From contig NC_090372.1 in NCBI RefSeq assembly GCF_036365525.1, positions 146,462,365 to 146,526,364 of the forward strand: a stretch of DNA of 64,000 bases, written 5' to 3'. The notes under the pieces are model-generated. The model was not told where the DNA came from and made no database searches. It worked only from the letters and a program-made list of their open reading frames with translations. Shown one piece after another: positions 1 to 13,574 of this stretch (positions within the stretch are counted from its first letter, which is position 1; the number at the start of each line of letters is the position of its first letter). Made by a program: the position numbers and the translations under genes. The stretch comes from Heterodontus francisci. Lineage: Eukaryota.

Positions 1-137
1 AAGAGATTAGGGGTGATTGGAGGTCGCATGCTTGGTGCAGCACGGGCAACAGGGGATGTCTTGGTTTTCATGGACTCACACTGCGAATGCCACAATGGCT
101 GGCTTGAACCACTATTGGATAGAATAACTTATGACAG
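1..137 (+). CDS. GALNT15: Polypeptide GalNAc-transferase coding exon (5' part outside window), catalytic GT-A domain with DxH motif
   Basis: Frame 1 reads [45 protein letters not shown](R), then donor AG|GTATGG at 138 (phase 2). The [27 protein letters not shown] pattern matches GALNT15 as recalled. Confidence 0.93.
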
Positions 138-357
138 GTATGGTTGGCGAGCTCTCATTTTTAAAGTCTGATGAAAAGAGATGTTTAAAGCTGAAGATAA
201 TATTTCTTTATCAGGATTTGATACCCAGTTGTAGTAGGTGGTGCATTGTTCTATTTGGTCTCTATTGGACATTACTGTTGCTTCTATTTAATACTAACAG
301 AGAGCCGCAAAGCATTTGCGGTGAAATTAGTATCTTTATTGCAACAGTACATCTTTA

Positions 358-580
358 AATCCCCATCCCATGTCACTCCATCCTTCCCATGCCATCCCTC
401 TCATGCCATACCCAACCATTCCTTTCATCCCTCTCATATCACCCCATCCCACCCCTTCTTCCTATGCCATCCCCATCCCCCATTCTATTCCTCCCATTCC
501 ATCCTTTCCCATATTTCTTATCTCCCATGCCATTAACCCCCCCCCATGCCATTCCCAACCCTCCTTCCCAATCCCTCCAG
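358..580. repeat. Degenerate CCATGCCATCC-type minisatellite inside Helitron copy 1
   Basis: Tandem pyrimidine-rich units; the same array type occurs at 42735-43170. Confidence 0.85.
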
Positions 581-989
581 CCAGGGTAACTTTGTTGTTG
601 GGCTCTCCTTACCTTCCGCTGTTTATTTTCTCCACCAATGCTCCATACACAACCGTCACTGTGGAGGGAAACCCCAGTTCCACAATTAATGTCGAAAATA
701 CTATTTGGGGTTTGTGTTGCCAAATGTACTTTTTGGGGGTGGAAACAGCATGTGCTCAGCTTCGCTCCCCAAACCCCGCATGTTGGGAGGATGAGAAGAG
801 ACGTTGTGGAGCAGTCGGGGGGACAAGGCACCTTGCTTGACTGTTCCCTGGGAGAGAGAGTCAGCTCCTCACCTGACAGTACCCCGGGGTTGGGGGGGGG
901 AGAGAAAGAGAGAGAGAGAGAGAGTCGGCACCTCACGTGACCATACCGCAGGGAACTTATCTATCGCTGTTTAGTCTCGCAGTTGGCAA

Positions 990-1775
990 ACACTTCCCTG
1001 AAACATTTTTACAAATCTATCATGCATCTCATCCTGCTAAAAAAAATCATTTCCACTACTCACCTCTGTCCCAGTCAAAAAATGGCGCCAAAAATTAACC
1101 CCCCCCCCCCCCACCAAGAGGACAACACTCACAAATCTCGAAGTTTAATTTAATGCAATGAACTGAACTGGGTTTTAAAAATTGCAGTTATTAACCACTT
1201 CCCAGAAACAAAATTTTTACAAATTTGTAATGCATCTCATCCTGCTAAAAAAAAGATTTAATTTCCACTACTCACCTCCATCCCAGTCGAAAATGGCGCT
1301 GAAAACTAAACCCAGCGCCCTGTTGTGTGATTCACTCTTAACACAAATGTACCAACCACTATAACAATGATTGGTAAACAAAATGAAGCATTCTTTATTG
1401 AAGAATAACTGGATTCCAGGAAAGTTCTTCAATACACGTTCTACCTGCTGACTAACACTGCACCAATTACTATATTACATGTTAACTTGCATCACTCCCT
1501 CTGATAACGGTTCCAAACTATTTACATATTCAGTAGTATGTTAATCAATATTAAAGCAATTAAAGCAATATCACAACACCCTTCCCCCCTCCCCATGTGG
1601 ACGATGCTCACATGTCTCGAAGATTAATGCAATAAACGGAATTGGGTTTTAAAAAATTGAAGTATTCAGCCACTTCCCAGAAACAACATTTTTACAAATT
1701 TGTCATGCATCTCATCCCACTACTGACCTCCATCCCAGGTGAAAATGGAGCCAAATTCTAAATCCAGGCACCGCC
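990..1775. repeat. About 2.5-3 tandem ~200-bp units inside Helitron copy 1
   Basis: CACTTCCC.GAAAC...TTTTACAAAT...ATGCATCTCATCC...AAAATGG recurs at ~991, ~1196 and ~1671. Confidence 0.8.
1321..1578 (-). mobile_element. Probable solo LTR inserted into the Helitron tandem array
   Basis: TGTTGTG...CACAACA termini and a minus-strand AATAAA; it interrupts one repeat unit. TSD imperfect. Confidence 0.6.
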
Positions 1776-2437
1776 CACCAAAACCCACCCCCCCTGACAG
1801 ACGCACCCTTTATGGTAACATTAAAGTACCGGGTGTACTGAATGTAACAATTTTTGATCCATTTGATGGAAGCCACCAAAATAAAGAGGAAAGGTCCTAA
1901 ACCAACAGATGCACCCCTTTAACTGACCAATCAAAGCAGTCCAGACAGGCAAAACTGCGTATTACTCTAGATTATTTACAGATTATTTAGTGTGGCACTG
2001 AGCCATAAATTTCCAGGTTTAATCTGCAATCTGATTTTAGCTGGGACTGCAGTGGTGGTGCTATAATTAGTTTCAGTGGCCCTGAGCTAAGGAGAAGAAA
2101 ACAACCAAATTGCATTTTCACTCCTAACCACTGTCCAGTATACCGGATGAGCCAAAATCGTACTCTTTCGAGATACCACAAGGGGTAGTTTACCCCTCAC
2201 CGCAGTGGAATTGAAAATCGGGCAGGTGATCCCCTCCACCACTTCTCCATCCAAGTGATGAAGATGACCATTGTTTTATAGGTTCAATGGCAGAAAATGG
2301 TCACTTGGGTGAGATCGCACAGGGTCACCATAACCTGAATAAATAAACCATATTTCATAGTACCTTCAACAGGGGAGGAGTAGGGATAAGAATTCGGGAA
2401 AAAATTTTATGCTACAATGGAAAAAGCAATCTGTGGC

Positions 2438-2617
2438 AAACCATCTGCTCCTATGCTCCTGATGCATGCCACGAGTGCATATTGCAAAATTGTGCACCTG
2501 CAGCTTGTGATTTTCCACCCATTATAATTAATGGACAGGAAGCTATGAACTGGAAGAGCACAGTTTTACAATATGTGTTCCTGTTGTGCACATGAAAAGC
2601 AGAAGCAGAATTTTACT
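2438..2617. repeat. Old palindromic MITE-like element
   Basis: Degenerate inverted arms (CATATTGCAAAATTGTGC vs GCACAGTTTTACAATATG) around the centre CCATTATAATTAATGG. Confidence 0.55.
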
Positions 2618-3127
2618 TCTAAAAACCATCATTGTGTTAAGTTGAATAATATATCTTGCCTGTGATTGTCAGCATATGGGAGTTCTTTTGTGAATGTGCA
2701 AATCCCAATACATCACACAAGTGCTACAAGTGCAAATTATCTACTATATAGTGACTGTCTTTAGGATGAGTGTAAGGACAGTTGGAACTCACCATCATGG
2801 GTTGGTTACTCTGCTTAGCCTACAGTCCAAGTTTCAATTTCATGGAAATACTATGTACACATTGCTGAACTGATACTTTCCATTCTTGTACACATGAACT
2901 ATCAATTTGGTACTTTCACACTTGTGTGAATGGAATATTTTGGATTTTTACAATTGTGAAGTAACAATTTTTTGAGTGAATTATATAGATGTATCTATTC
3001 CATGTCCATTATTCCCAGTGTTCTGGCTCTTTCTAGCTTTTTTTAGTGAATTAACCCTAGGGATTGACTACTTGAATGTCACTGAGCACTGGGCTGTCCC
3101 AGGCACTACATCCATCAGATGCTTAGA

Positions 3128-3504
3128 GGGAGGCAGTGGCATCGTGGTATTGTCACTGGACTAGTGACCCAGAGACCCAGGGTTTTGCTCTGGGGACATG
3201 GATTTGAATCCCACCACAACAGATGGTGAAATTTGAATTTAATTAATAAATCTGGAATTAAAAAGCTAGTCTAATGATGACCATGAAACCATTGTTGTAA
3301 AAATCCATCTCATTGACCAATGTCCTTTAAGAAAGAAAATCTGTCATCCTTACCTGGTCAGGCCTACATGTGACTCCAGACCCACAGCAATGTGGTTGAC
3401 TCTTAAAATGGCCTAGCAAGCCACTTAGTTCAAGGGCAATTAGGAATGGGCAATAAATGCTGGTCTAGCCAGAGACGCCTACATCCCACAAACAAATAAA
3501 AAAA
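3128..3504 (+). mobile_element. tRNA-headed SINE made of the 5' ~300 nt plus 3' ~75 nt of the LINE at 27427/47088
   Basis: A-box-like TGGCATCGTGG and B-box-like GATTTGAATCC. Colinear with LINE 27427-27747, then jumps at ~3430 to the LINE 3' end (30641 onward) and an A-rich tail. Confidence 0.9.
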
Positions 3505-5705
3505 TGTTTAATATCACGTTCCTCAAATACCAGCAGGAACCACTTCCAGAGCTGACCAACTCTCAAGAATAAAAATAATAAAATCTAACAAATCTTCACC
3601 AAACATTGTGTTCACCCTCCATAAAGTAATTAGATGCTTTAGGAACGATTACTACCACATTGTTTAGCTTTTAGGACAAAATGCCAAGACCATATGCATA
3701 CTTTTTATTCCTGATACAGTCCTCAAACTGAATACTGCAGTAGTCCATTAATTTCTGTAAAATTTCACTGGATTTATGACATTGCACCAAAGGTAGAACT
3801 GACCCAGTTAACGTGCATCTGATGTAAGATCTGTTTGTGCTTCCTAAACCCTGGGGTTGCATTGATTTCAAATCATAATGGCTTGAACTGGATGTGATCC
3901 TCCCTCCGGGCTTACAGTGAAGACTGGCCTGAATCAGTTCTTGTACTGAGTGACACTAAACTGAATTAAATTACCTGAACAACGCAAGTGTGCTGATTTT
4001 TAATTAATGGTTCCTGGACACAGGAGATTCCTATCAGCTGTTTACATTAATGGGTACGAATCTTCAGTACCAAGACAAAACTGAGAGGAAGAGATGAGGA
4101 TTTTACCCAAATGCAATCGGAGTAAATAATTCCCCATCATTTACACTGAACCAGTAGCTGTGATTGTGCTGCAGATTCACAGGAAATGTAAATGTACAGC
4201 ACTTATACATGAATGGCATGAAAATAGCACAGTAAACTGCTGAAAGCCAACTCATGTGAAAATACTGCAACCAATAGACTGTAGCAGATGATAATCACAA
4301 TCAGTAATATCTGTGTCCACAGGTACAGGAATAAACTCCATGGGGCCAAAAAAATTTGTTCTTGACATATTACCCTATTACCCTGAAGGGATGGCACAAG
4401 GACAAGTGACCATTTGTTTACAGTCATTCGGGGTTAAATAGCAACAGTACCTGAACTCTTCTCAGTTATTATCCCTGCATGGATGAACAGCCAGGAACAT
4501 TTATCAGAACTGTTCAAATAACTATAATCTAGCTGTGCCTTCCCAATATTGTCAAATATTGTTATGCTCTTTCTCTTTTAAGTAAATTGATAAGTAACTT
4601 GCATACCTCATAACTGATCAAAGTTAAAGCCACCAAATTGATGCATTAGTTTAATTATAAGTCACTATAACCTTATTAAACATTGTTTATGAGTAACATG
4701 AGCCTGTATATGTTGCTACACTGGAATGAATCAAGGAGGTAAGGTTTTCAACAGCCCATTTCTCATCCGAAAAACAGACCAGCAGCAGAAGAAAATTGAA
4801 TGGGCACCTTGGACACTCCATTGGTGCACAAGGCCTGTCTAATTCAATTTTCAAGCTGGCTTTTAAATGGTTGTTCAGCGCTCCAACCCAAAACAGGCAG
4901 AAGGCCATTTATAGGACCCAATTGTAATTTTCACATACAATTGGCCAGAATGTGCGTCATGCTTACTAAGCCCAGTTATATCAGACATTGAGTGAAATAT
5001 GCAATGGTCCTTAAAGGGACCACTGGAGGCTGCTCAGGAAAAGACATGGTTTTGCTTTCTTTAGACTTCTGTGCGGCCAGAAGGAGCATTCATGCTCCTT
5101 TCATGCTCCACCTAGCCTCAAATGTTTGGTCCACTGCCAAAAATACAAAGTAGTTACCTAAAGAAGAGGGACTGTTTGGCCTGGATAACGACATGGTTAT
5201 ATAGACATCCAGGTAAAGCTGTGCCATTAGATTATATTTGAAGGGCTGTGTTACCTTCATGCTTTAGCTCAACTTCCATAAGCAATCTCCAAATATACTA
5301 ATTCAGGATTCAGGAAGACATTCTTCCGCTAGCTGGTTTGATGGGAATTCCAGAGCAGCTTTGGCTGACACCTGTTCAGTTCACTTGGTGTGCCTATATC
5401 ATTACAGCATCTTGAGAAATCTCTGCACAAGGACACAACATTTATACAGCCAGTATTTTTAATCTTCTGAAACTTCTTAAAAAAAGGATTCATTCTGAAA
5501 ACATGGTGGCAGCAGCAGCATATGAAAGCATCACTGTAACCCTATTAACACTACATCCTGGGTAAGCAAAACAGACGTAAAAACAAACATCTCGAATTCA
5601 GTAAGGACTTTAGGACTGATTCTTGAAGAAGGTAGAGCTGAGTGCAGCCATGAGCCCTGCCAGTGACATTTTTTGTAAGTTTAATAAATTTGAGACATTG
5701 CTTAA

Positions 5706-5895
5706 GATTGGAAAGCAGCTAATATAACTCCATTATTCAAAACAGGTTCTGGAAACCTGCAAACTATAGATTGGCAAGTGTGACATCCGTTGTTGGGGAA
5801 AATCCTTGAAACAATCTGATGTTTGAACATTTGGAAAAGCAGAATTTGTTAAAGGAAGCTCAGCATGGATTCAGGAAAGGGTGATTGGCTTAGGA
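5706..5895 (+). mobile_element. Old CR1 RT fragment
   Basis: Remnant peptides DWKAANITPLFK...TSVVG...HLEKQNLLKEAQHGFRKG. Confidence 0.7.
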
Positions 5896-5986
5896 AATTG
5901 TTAACACTGCCCTCGCTTTCCAGACATAAAATGAGCTACTAAGCATCCAATAGCACAGTTGGCATACCCATGTGCATTCCACACCA

Positions 5987-6500
5987 GGGGCTGAATTTTG
6001 TTCCCACCCGATGGCGGGATCTGTGGCGGTGGGGGTGCTGGAGAATCAGAGTGGCAGCAGCCGCCACAGAACACAATGCCAGGATTGCCAGGCCCAATCT
6101 TCCCAGCGAAGGGGAAGCTCCATGGCGGCCACTCCGCCGCTCTGCAACGGGACCCTGCTTTCCATATGCTAATTAGATGTTTGCATTAATTTAAAGGTAG
6201 CTCACAGCGACCTTACCTTCAGTTCCTGCTCTTCAGTGCGACGTGCGGCACTCGTGCCTTCACTTTCCTGTCCAGGGAAAACTGGCACCACTGAGGTGAG
6301 GAAAGGGTCAACTCTGCATTTTGCTGAACTGTCTGCGGGACTGGCAGCCTTTAAAAATGGCCCCAGCACCTGCTTCCGCATCAGGTGACGCTGTGAATGG
6401 CATTGCCAATGCCGCCCCCGCCACGTAATCACGGCGGCATGGCGGCGCGGGTCCCACGGGGGACGGCTGCCATGTTCCGTGCCCAACGCCGCTCCTGGCA
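5987..6500. mobile_element. GC-rich Harbinger-type MITE fragment
   Basis: Starts GGGGCTGAATTTT, the same terminal motif as other MITEs in the window. Confidence 0.5.
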
Positions 6501-6504
6501 ACAG

Positions 6505-6688
6505 GACTATCTACCTCTTTCCTCCTTTAAGACACATCTTAAAATCTACCTTTTTGACCAAGCTTTTGGCCATCTGCCCTAATTTGGCCTTACGTGGCTC
6601 AGTTTTGCTTTAGAATGCACCTGTGAAGTGCCTTGGGATGTTTCAATACGTTGAAGGTGCTGTTTAAACATAAGTTGTTGTTGTTGCT
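6505..6688 (+). mobile_element. L2 LINE 3' end
   Basis: SSFKTHLKIYLF ORF end, then TGTGAAGTGCCTTGGGATG...AAGTTGTTGTTGTTG tail. Confidence 0.75.
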
Positions 6689-6825
6689 GAATCACTATCA
6701 CCCATTTTACACTATCGCAAAGTCAAAATGACCTCGAAACCTCGGCTTCTAATCCATTATCATACAACAAGAAAGAACCCAGCAAAGAACTATTCGATAC
6801 CTAATCAAAAAACCTAACTGAAAAT

Positions 6826-9800
6826 CACAGGATCACAGAATTGTTACAGCACAGAAGGAGGCCATTCGGCCCATCGTGTCTGCATCGGCTTTCCGATTGA
6901 ACAATTCACCTAATGCCATTCCACCACCTTTTCCCCGTAACCCTGCACATTCTTCCTTTTCATATAAAAGTCTATTTCCCTTTTGAATGTTTCAATTGAA
7001 CCTGCCTCCACCAAACTCCCAGGCATGCATTCTAGACCTTAACCATTCACTGCGTGAAAATGTTTTTCCTCATGTCGCTTTTGCTTCTCTTACCCATTAC
7101 TTTAAATCTGTGCCCTCTCGTTCTCAATACTTTCACGAGTGGGAACAGTTTCTCCCTATCTAATCTGTCCAGACCCCTCATGATTTTGAATACCTCTATC
7201 AAATCACCTCTCAGCCTTCTCTTCTCCAAGGAAAACAGTCCTAACTTCTCCAATCTATCTTCATAACTGAAATTCCTCATCCTTGGAACCATTCTCGTGA
7301 ATCTTTTCTCTACTCTCTCCAGTGCCCTCATATCTTTCCTATAGTGTGGTGCCCAGAACTGGATGTAATACTCCAGCTGAGGCTGAACTAGTGTCTTATA
7401 TAAGTTCTACATAACTTCCTTGTTCTTGTACTCTATTCCGCTAGTAATAAAGCCCAGGATACAGTACGCTTTATTAACCGCTCTCTCAACTGTCCTGCCA
7501 CCTTCAATGACTTATGTATATATACACCCAGGTCCCTCTACTCCTGCACCCTCTTTAGAATTATACACTTTATATTGTCTCTCCATGCTCTTCCTACCAA
7601 AGTGAATCACTTCACATTTCTCTGTGTTGAACTTCATCTGCCACCTGTCCACCCATTCCACCAACTTGTCTATGTCCTTTTGCAGTTCTACATTATCCTC
7701 CTCACAGTTCACAATGCTTCCAAGTTTCGTATCATCTGCAAATTTTGAAATTGTGCCCTATACACCAGAGTCTAGGTCATTAATATATATCAGGAAAAGC
7801 AAGGGAAAACCAACACTAACCCCTGAGAAACTCCACTACAAACCTTCCTCCAGCCCAAAAAACATCCATTAACCACTACTCTTGGTTTCCTGTCACTCAA
7901 GCAATTCCATATCCATGTTGCTACTGCCCCTTTTTATTCCATGAGCTATAACTTTGCTCATAAGTGTGTTGTGTGACATTGTATCAAACACCTTTTGAAA
8001 GTTCATGTACAGCACATTAACTGCATTGCCCTCATCAACCCTCTCTGTTACCTCCTCAAAAAATTCCAGCAAGTTAGTTAAACATGATTTTCCCTTAAGA
8101 AATCCATGCTGGCTTTCTTTAATTAACCTGTGACTATTAATTTTGTCCTGAATTATTCTTTCTAGAAGTTTTCCCACCATCAAAGTTAAACTGACTGGCC
8201 TGCAGTTGCTGGGCTTATCTTTACACCCTTTTTTGAACAAGGGTGTAATATTTGCAATTCTCCAGGCCTCTGGCACTACCCCGAGTCTAAGGAAGACTGA
8301 AAAATTATGGCCCGTGCCTCTGCGGTCTCCACCCTCACTTCCCTCAGTATCCTTGGATGCATCTTATCCGGTCCTGGTGCTTTATCCAATTTAAGTACAG
8401 ACAGCCTAACTAATACATCCTCCTTATCAATTTTAAACACTTCTAGGGCTGGATTTTAAGAGTGAGATCAGCGGTAAGCCGCTGCAATCTCAAGTGCGGC
8501 AGCTCATTTAAATAGCCAGGGTGGCCCGCCCCCACCCCCCACCCCATCTCGTGGAGGGGGTGGGCTGTTCGTCCCCGGCAATGGCGTCAGCTGCCTGTGC
8601 ACAGACGCTGGTGCCATTTTTAAAGGGCAGACAGCCCTGCCCGCGAATTTAAATCATCAAATGCATACCCCCCAAATTAAATTAATAAATTTCTTATACC
8701 CCTTTCCCACCCCCCAACAATGATTACATTAACTATTTTCCCTTTCCCCCAAAACACTTACCTTTTACATCTGACCTTCCCCACCCCCCCCCCCACCCCC
8801 CACAAACTGCACAAAGTTTGAAGTTCAACCCTTCCCCCCCATCCCTATACCCAGTACGTGCATTTGAGCCCGTTCCCCTCTCCCCCACTGAAAATCATAC
8901 CTCCTCCCCTCTACCCACTAGTGTCACACCGCCTTGCCCCGGACGGGGAATTGAAGGCGCAGGAGTGCCGGCTTCAAGATTGGAGGCAAGTCGATGTAAA
9001 TTTATTAATTTTATTCATTTGAATATTGTAATTGAGGTTCTGTCGCCCAGCAGTGGCAGGGGGAGGTGTGGTGCAGCCACAGAGCCTCGCCACCGCCAGG
9101 AGGATCAGGCTGGGCCCTCTCGGCAGCAACATCCGTGGCGGCCCTCATCCAGACCAATCTTCAGGACCTTCCTTTAAATGTTAACTGCCAATCTCTTTTC
9201 ATGCTCTCTCTTTGCTTCTCTTATTTGCTTTTTCACTTCCCCTCTGGACCTTCTATATTCAGCCTGGTTCTGAATAGTATTTTCTACCTGGCATCTGTTA
9301 TAAGCACACTTATTCTTCTTTATCTTAATTTATACCTCTTTTATCATCTAGGGAACTCTGGATATTTTTTACCCTACCTTTCCCCTTCGAGAGAACGTAC
9401 CTTGACTGTGCCCGAAATATCTCTTCTTTGAAGGTACCCATTGTTCAGCTACCATTTTTCCTGCCAACCTTTGACTCCAATTTATTCGCCCCAGCTCCAT
9501 TCTTACCCCGTTGAAGTTGGCTTTCCCCAGTTAATTATTCTTACTTTGGATTGTTCTTCGTCCTTTTCCATAGTCAGCCTAAACCTTATGATACAATGAT
9601 CACTGTCCCCTAAATGCTCCCCTTCTGATACTTAATCCACTTGGCCCACCTCATTCCCAAGAACCAGGTCTCGCAGTGCCTCTCTCATTGGACTAGAAAC
9701 ATACTGCTGTAGAAAATTTTCCTGAACACACTCCAGGAACTCTTGCCCCTCACTGCCCTTTACACTACTACTATCCCAGTTGATGTTTTGATAATTAAAG

Positions 9801-10620
9801 TCCCCCATTATAACTACACTATAAGTTTTGCACCTCTCTGTAATTTCCTTGCAAATTTGTTCTTCCATGTCCTTCGCACTAGTCAGTGGCCTATAGACAA
9901 CACCGAACAATGTAACTGCGTCTTTTTTGTTCCCTAGCTCTAGCCAAGTTGAATCTGTCCTTGACCCCTCTCGGACATCCTTTTTCTACATCAGTGCAAT
10001 TCTCTCCTTAATACCACCATTCCTCCCCATTATTTCCCTTTTCTATCTTTCCTGAACATCTTGTATCCAGAAATATTTGAATACCCAGTCTTGCCCTTCT
10101 TTGCGCCAGGTCTCTTATAGCCATAACATCATCTTTCCACATGTCAATCTCGGCCTGTAACTCACCAGTCTTATACACAACACTCCGTGCATTCACATAC
10201 ATGCACAGTAACCCTGATTTAGACTTTATTACTTTCTCCCTTAATCTGATCCGGCCTAATAACTTACTATTCTCTACTCTCATGCTATCTATCTCTCCCA
10301 GTATTCTGTGCACCTTGGTATTCCTCTCTGATATTTCCTCCTGGTTTCCACACCCCTGCCAAGTTAGTTTAAACCCTTCCCAGTAGCACTAGCAAATCGC
10401 CCCACAAGGAAATTTGTCCCAGCTCTGTTCAGGTGCAATCTGTCTGGCCTGTACAGGTCCCACCTTCTCCAGAACTGGTTCCTGTGTCCCAGGAATCTAA
10501 AGCCCTCCCTCCTGCACCATCTTTCCAGCCACACATTCATCTGCACTATCTGACTATTTCTATACTCACTTGCGCGTGGTGCTGGGAGTAATCTGGAGAT
10601 TAATACTTTTGAGGCCCTGC
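6826..10620 (-). mobile_element. Decayed CR1 LINE (ORF1 esterase end, APE and RT), interrupted by a MITE
   Basis: ORF fragments 7047-7331, 7893-8276, 9632-9910 (GDFN) and 10364-10620 (WCRREGFRFLGH...DRLHLNRAG). Confidence 0.9.
8446..9165. mobile_element. Harbinger-type MITE nested in CR1 (right end lost)
   Basis: Starts GGGCTGGATTTTAAGAG; colinear with 44395-45165. Confidence 0.65.
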
Positions 10621-11019
10621 TTGTGAAAAGTTTGTGCTTTTTGGTAACTGCCTTCCACCTGCAGCTTACCTTTAATGTTAGGTGTGAATGTTTATACGAG
10701 TGGACATTACTTTGGCTTGAAGTTTGGAAAATACTTTGGGGCAACATAAGTCCCTCATTTGCATGGACGGTACATATGAAATGAAGCTCTCACAGCTTTT
10801 ATTTGTTGGATTTTTACACATGCAAGGAAGCTCTTGCAAATCATTCAAGTTTAAGTACTAATCAGAAAGCCATGTAGGATGGGGAAATTTTCCAGTGGAG
10901 ACCAGGTGAGATCAGTAGACTCCCAGTGGACTCCCAGTTTCCTTGTTTCCACATAGCTGAATCATGTTGGTGGTATCCAGTCTGATAACAGGAAAATTGA
11001 CAGTTCTATTTGTGTAACT

Positions 11020-11335
11020 GATGGCATTTCCTTTAATCATTTTGAACAACTCAATTAGATCACCCCTTAATCTTCTATACTTGTGGGAATATAAACCTAG
11101 GCTATGCAACCTGTCCTCATAATTTAACCCTCTAAATCAGTGTTTCATTCTGGTGAATCTACACTGCACCCCTCCAAGGTCAATATATCCTTCCCGAGGT
11201 GCGGTGCCCAGTACCAAACACAGTTTGCGGCCACACAAGTTATGCTCTAACCAGAGCTCGATACAACTGAAGCATAACTCTACCCCTTTGTATTCCAGTC
11301 CCCATGAGATGAAGGCTAACATGCCATTAGCTCTT
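11020..11335 (-). mobile_element. CR1 3' ORF2 fragment
   Basis: MLAFISWGLEYKG and RRLRGDLIELFKM peptides. Confidence 0.8.
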
Positions 11336-13574
11336 AATCCAACTTAATTCTTTCCTAAGTTCTCAAATGGTTGAATTAGGTATCTCACCAACCTTTGCTT
11401 CTTCCTGCAATTTTCAGGCTTCTAAAACCAAGTTTAGTGCTACCTTACCATTCTTCCGTAGTTTGACTTGTCTTCTTATTTTACTCTTTTCAAGCTTGGT
11501 AGAGCCCCATACCCTGAGTCTTGGCTCTTTACCCTGGTTCCACATTAAAATACATTAAATTGGCCTTTATTTAATCTTGTATCATGTGTGCATTTTGGAA
11601 TTATTTTAGTTTATTTCCCACCAAGGAAATTTAGCTGTTGAGAAGGGTAAAATTCTGTTAATTGTTTTTAATCTGATTTTGAGCTGTTTGAAATGGTTAC
11701 AAGAATATGTCTAAGCACCAATGCATTTGCACTCGTCTGCAATTTTTGGAAATTGTGTCTTGCTTACTTCCAATAACGCAATCATGAATATGTTTATTTA
11801 AAGAAAATAAACAGCAAATTTCCAAGACGTTGGGGATATCTGACAGTGAAGTTAGTTAGTTCTTCACAGAGGTCCAGACTTAAAAGTCAATTTAATTTTC
11901 AATAAAGTATTAATTGTCATGAACGTAAAAGTATTCGTCCCCTGGTCTGACCACCTACTATTTGAGATCAAACATTATTCCAGGTTGATAAGTGTTAAAG
12001 GGCCACGATTAATTCTATTAAAGATATGCGTTGCTTTTTCTAAATACCTTCAAGTGGAATAAATGATTAGTTGTCTGGACAAGTGGTTAATTTGAAAAGA
12101 ACATTTGGCTGCAGGTGTCACTTTCTCCATGTTAGTTACGTAAGGAGAAATATAAAAACATATTCAAACTTTAATTGCTCTGTGAAATTTTTGGGACAGA
12201 ATTTCCCACATACTTTTGAGAAAAAATACCTTTTTTGCATGCCTGTGCTGTAGCAAATAAAGCACGACCCTTTATGAGGTAATTTTATGAATCTGAGCTA
12301 CTGGTGGAAAATTATCAGAAAGGCGTGGACAGCAAACATCCGAATTTCTGATATATGCTCCCAGTGGGTGAAGCGCTCAGGCACCAGTGTGGACTCATAA
12401 AATTATCCCCTGAATGTTCTGTTGAAATATTTTCCTGTGCTATTTTATTGAAGGGTTTAACCCATTTTAAATAGCAGAGGGTGAAATTTCAGATGAACGA
12501 ATAAAGCAGCACTCCTGTCTACTTCCTCCCAGCATCCTTTCCAAACGATGCCAGTTAAAGCCACGTATTTGTACTTAGAGTTAAATCATATACACTTATC
12601 ATATAGCACTCATCATCATATAGCAGCCTCAGAAGTGCATTCCTACTACATCAGTATTACATTTCCCCCCACCAGCTATCTTTGTGTTTTCTGTGAATGA
12701 ATTTGCCAATTCTTGTGCTAGTTGTGTGCCTACTAGAAATTAGGTTCAAATTGTCCAGATTAATTTTACACAGGACTCTTACAAGGAGAGGATACTTTTA
12801 TCCAAACAAAATCCAAACGTATTTCTCTGAGTGTGTATTACCTTACTGAGGCTGGCATTGCCAGAACAAATTCTTTAGGGATTGCTTGGAGCTCCTTGAA
12901 TACAGAGTGAGATGGTGGTGCACTTGCTCACCAATTTTTATCACAATATTTACATATCCAGTACCAGAAAGCATTATTTATGTATTTGCTATTAAGCAGA
13001 ATCTGGAAATAAAAATATCTCTTTGACCCCAGTACTGATGGTAGGGGTCAAGAACTCTGGAGCACCTAGCTTGATTTAGGGCAGGTCAATGATAATAGCT
13101 TATTTTAGAAATGCTATTCTGATGTAAGAGCTTAGTGATTCAAGTTATGTCTCAAATGGTATAGCCACGACACTTACAATAATCCCAGAAATCTTTTCTT
13201 TTTCTACAAGATGTAGATTTAGAAAATTATTTCCTCCCTAACATTCCCTACAACACTAATATAACCCAAGGTGTAATTAATTGTATCTGCATTTCTCTTT
13301 CCAGTAGCAGTAGTACCACTCTTTATTGTGTCTGTGCAGGCTGAAATGAATGACTGCACCCTACACACACAATTCTCACTTGCCCTAATGCAGATTTAAA
13401 TCAAGGAGTATTTTCAATAAAAAGTGTGTCCTAGAGTCATTTATGACACAGAAGGAGACCATTCGGCCCTTTGAGCCCATGCTGACTCCCCACGGAGCTC
13501 TGTTGTCTGCTGCTTGTTGCTGGATATAGCACAGATTCCGCCCAATCACTAGCTGCCATTAGCTGTATATATAG

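Larger units (their letters stand above)
294..1971 (-). mobile_element. Non-autonomous Helitron, copy 1
   Basis: Minus strand starts TC (TCTAGAGTAATACGCAG) and ends TTAG. Hairpin CCGCAAA-nnn-TTTGCGG (305-321) lies 11 nt from the 3' end. Inserted between A and T with no TSD. Both termini are homologous to 42677-44012. Confidence 0.8.

Noticed and set aside
246-940. Pro/His/Ser-rich ORFs (also 42659-43440)
   Set aside because: Translations of the CCATGCC minisatellite inside Helitrons; open in several frames.
990-1775. CRISPR-like repeat-spacer pattern
   Set aside because: Eukaryotic context; these are long degenerate tandem units with one LTR-like insert, not short repeats with unique spacers.
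3600-4500. Non-repetitive stretch with a hydrophobic minus-strand ORF (4203-4427)
   Set aside because: Short, flanked by stops and without recognisable homology. It could be conserved non-coding DNA, but that cannot be shown without alignments.
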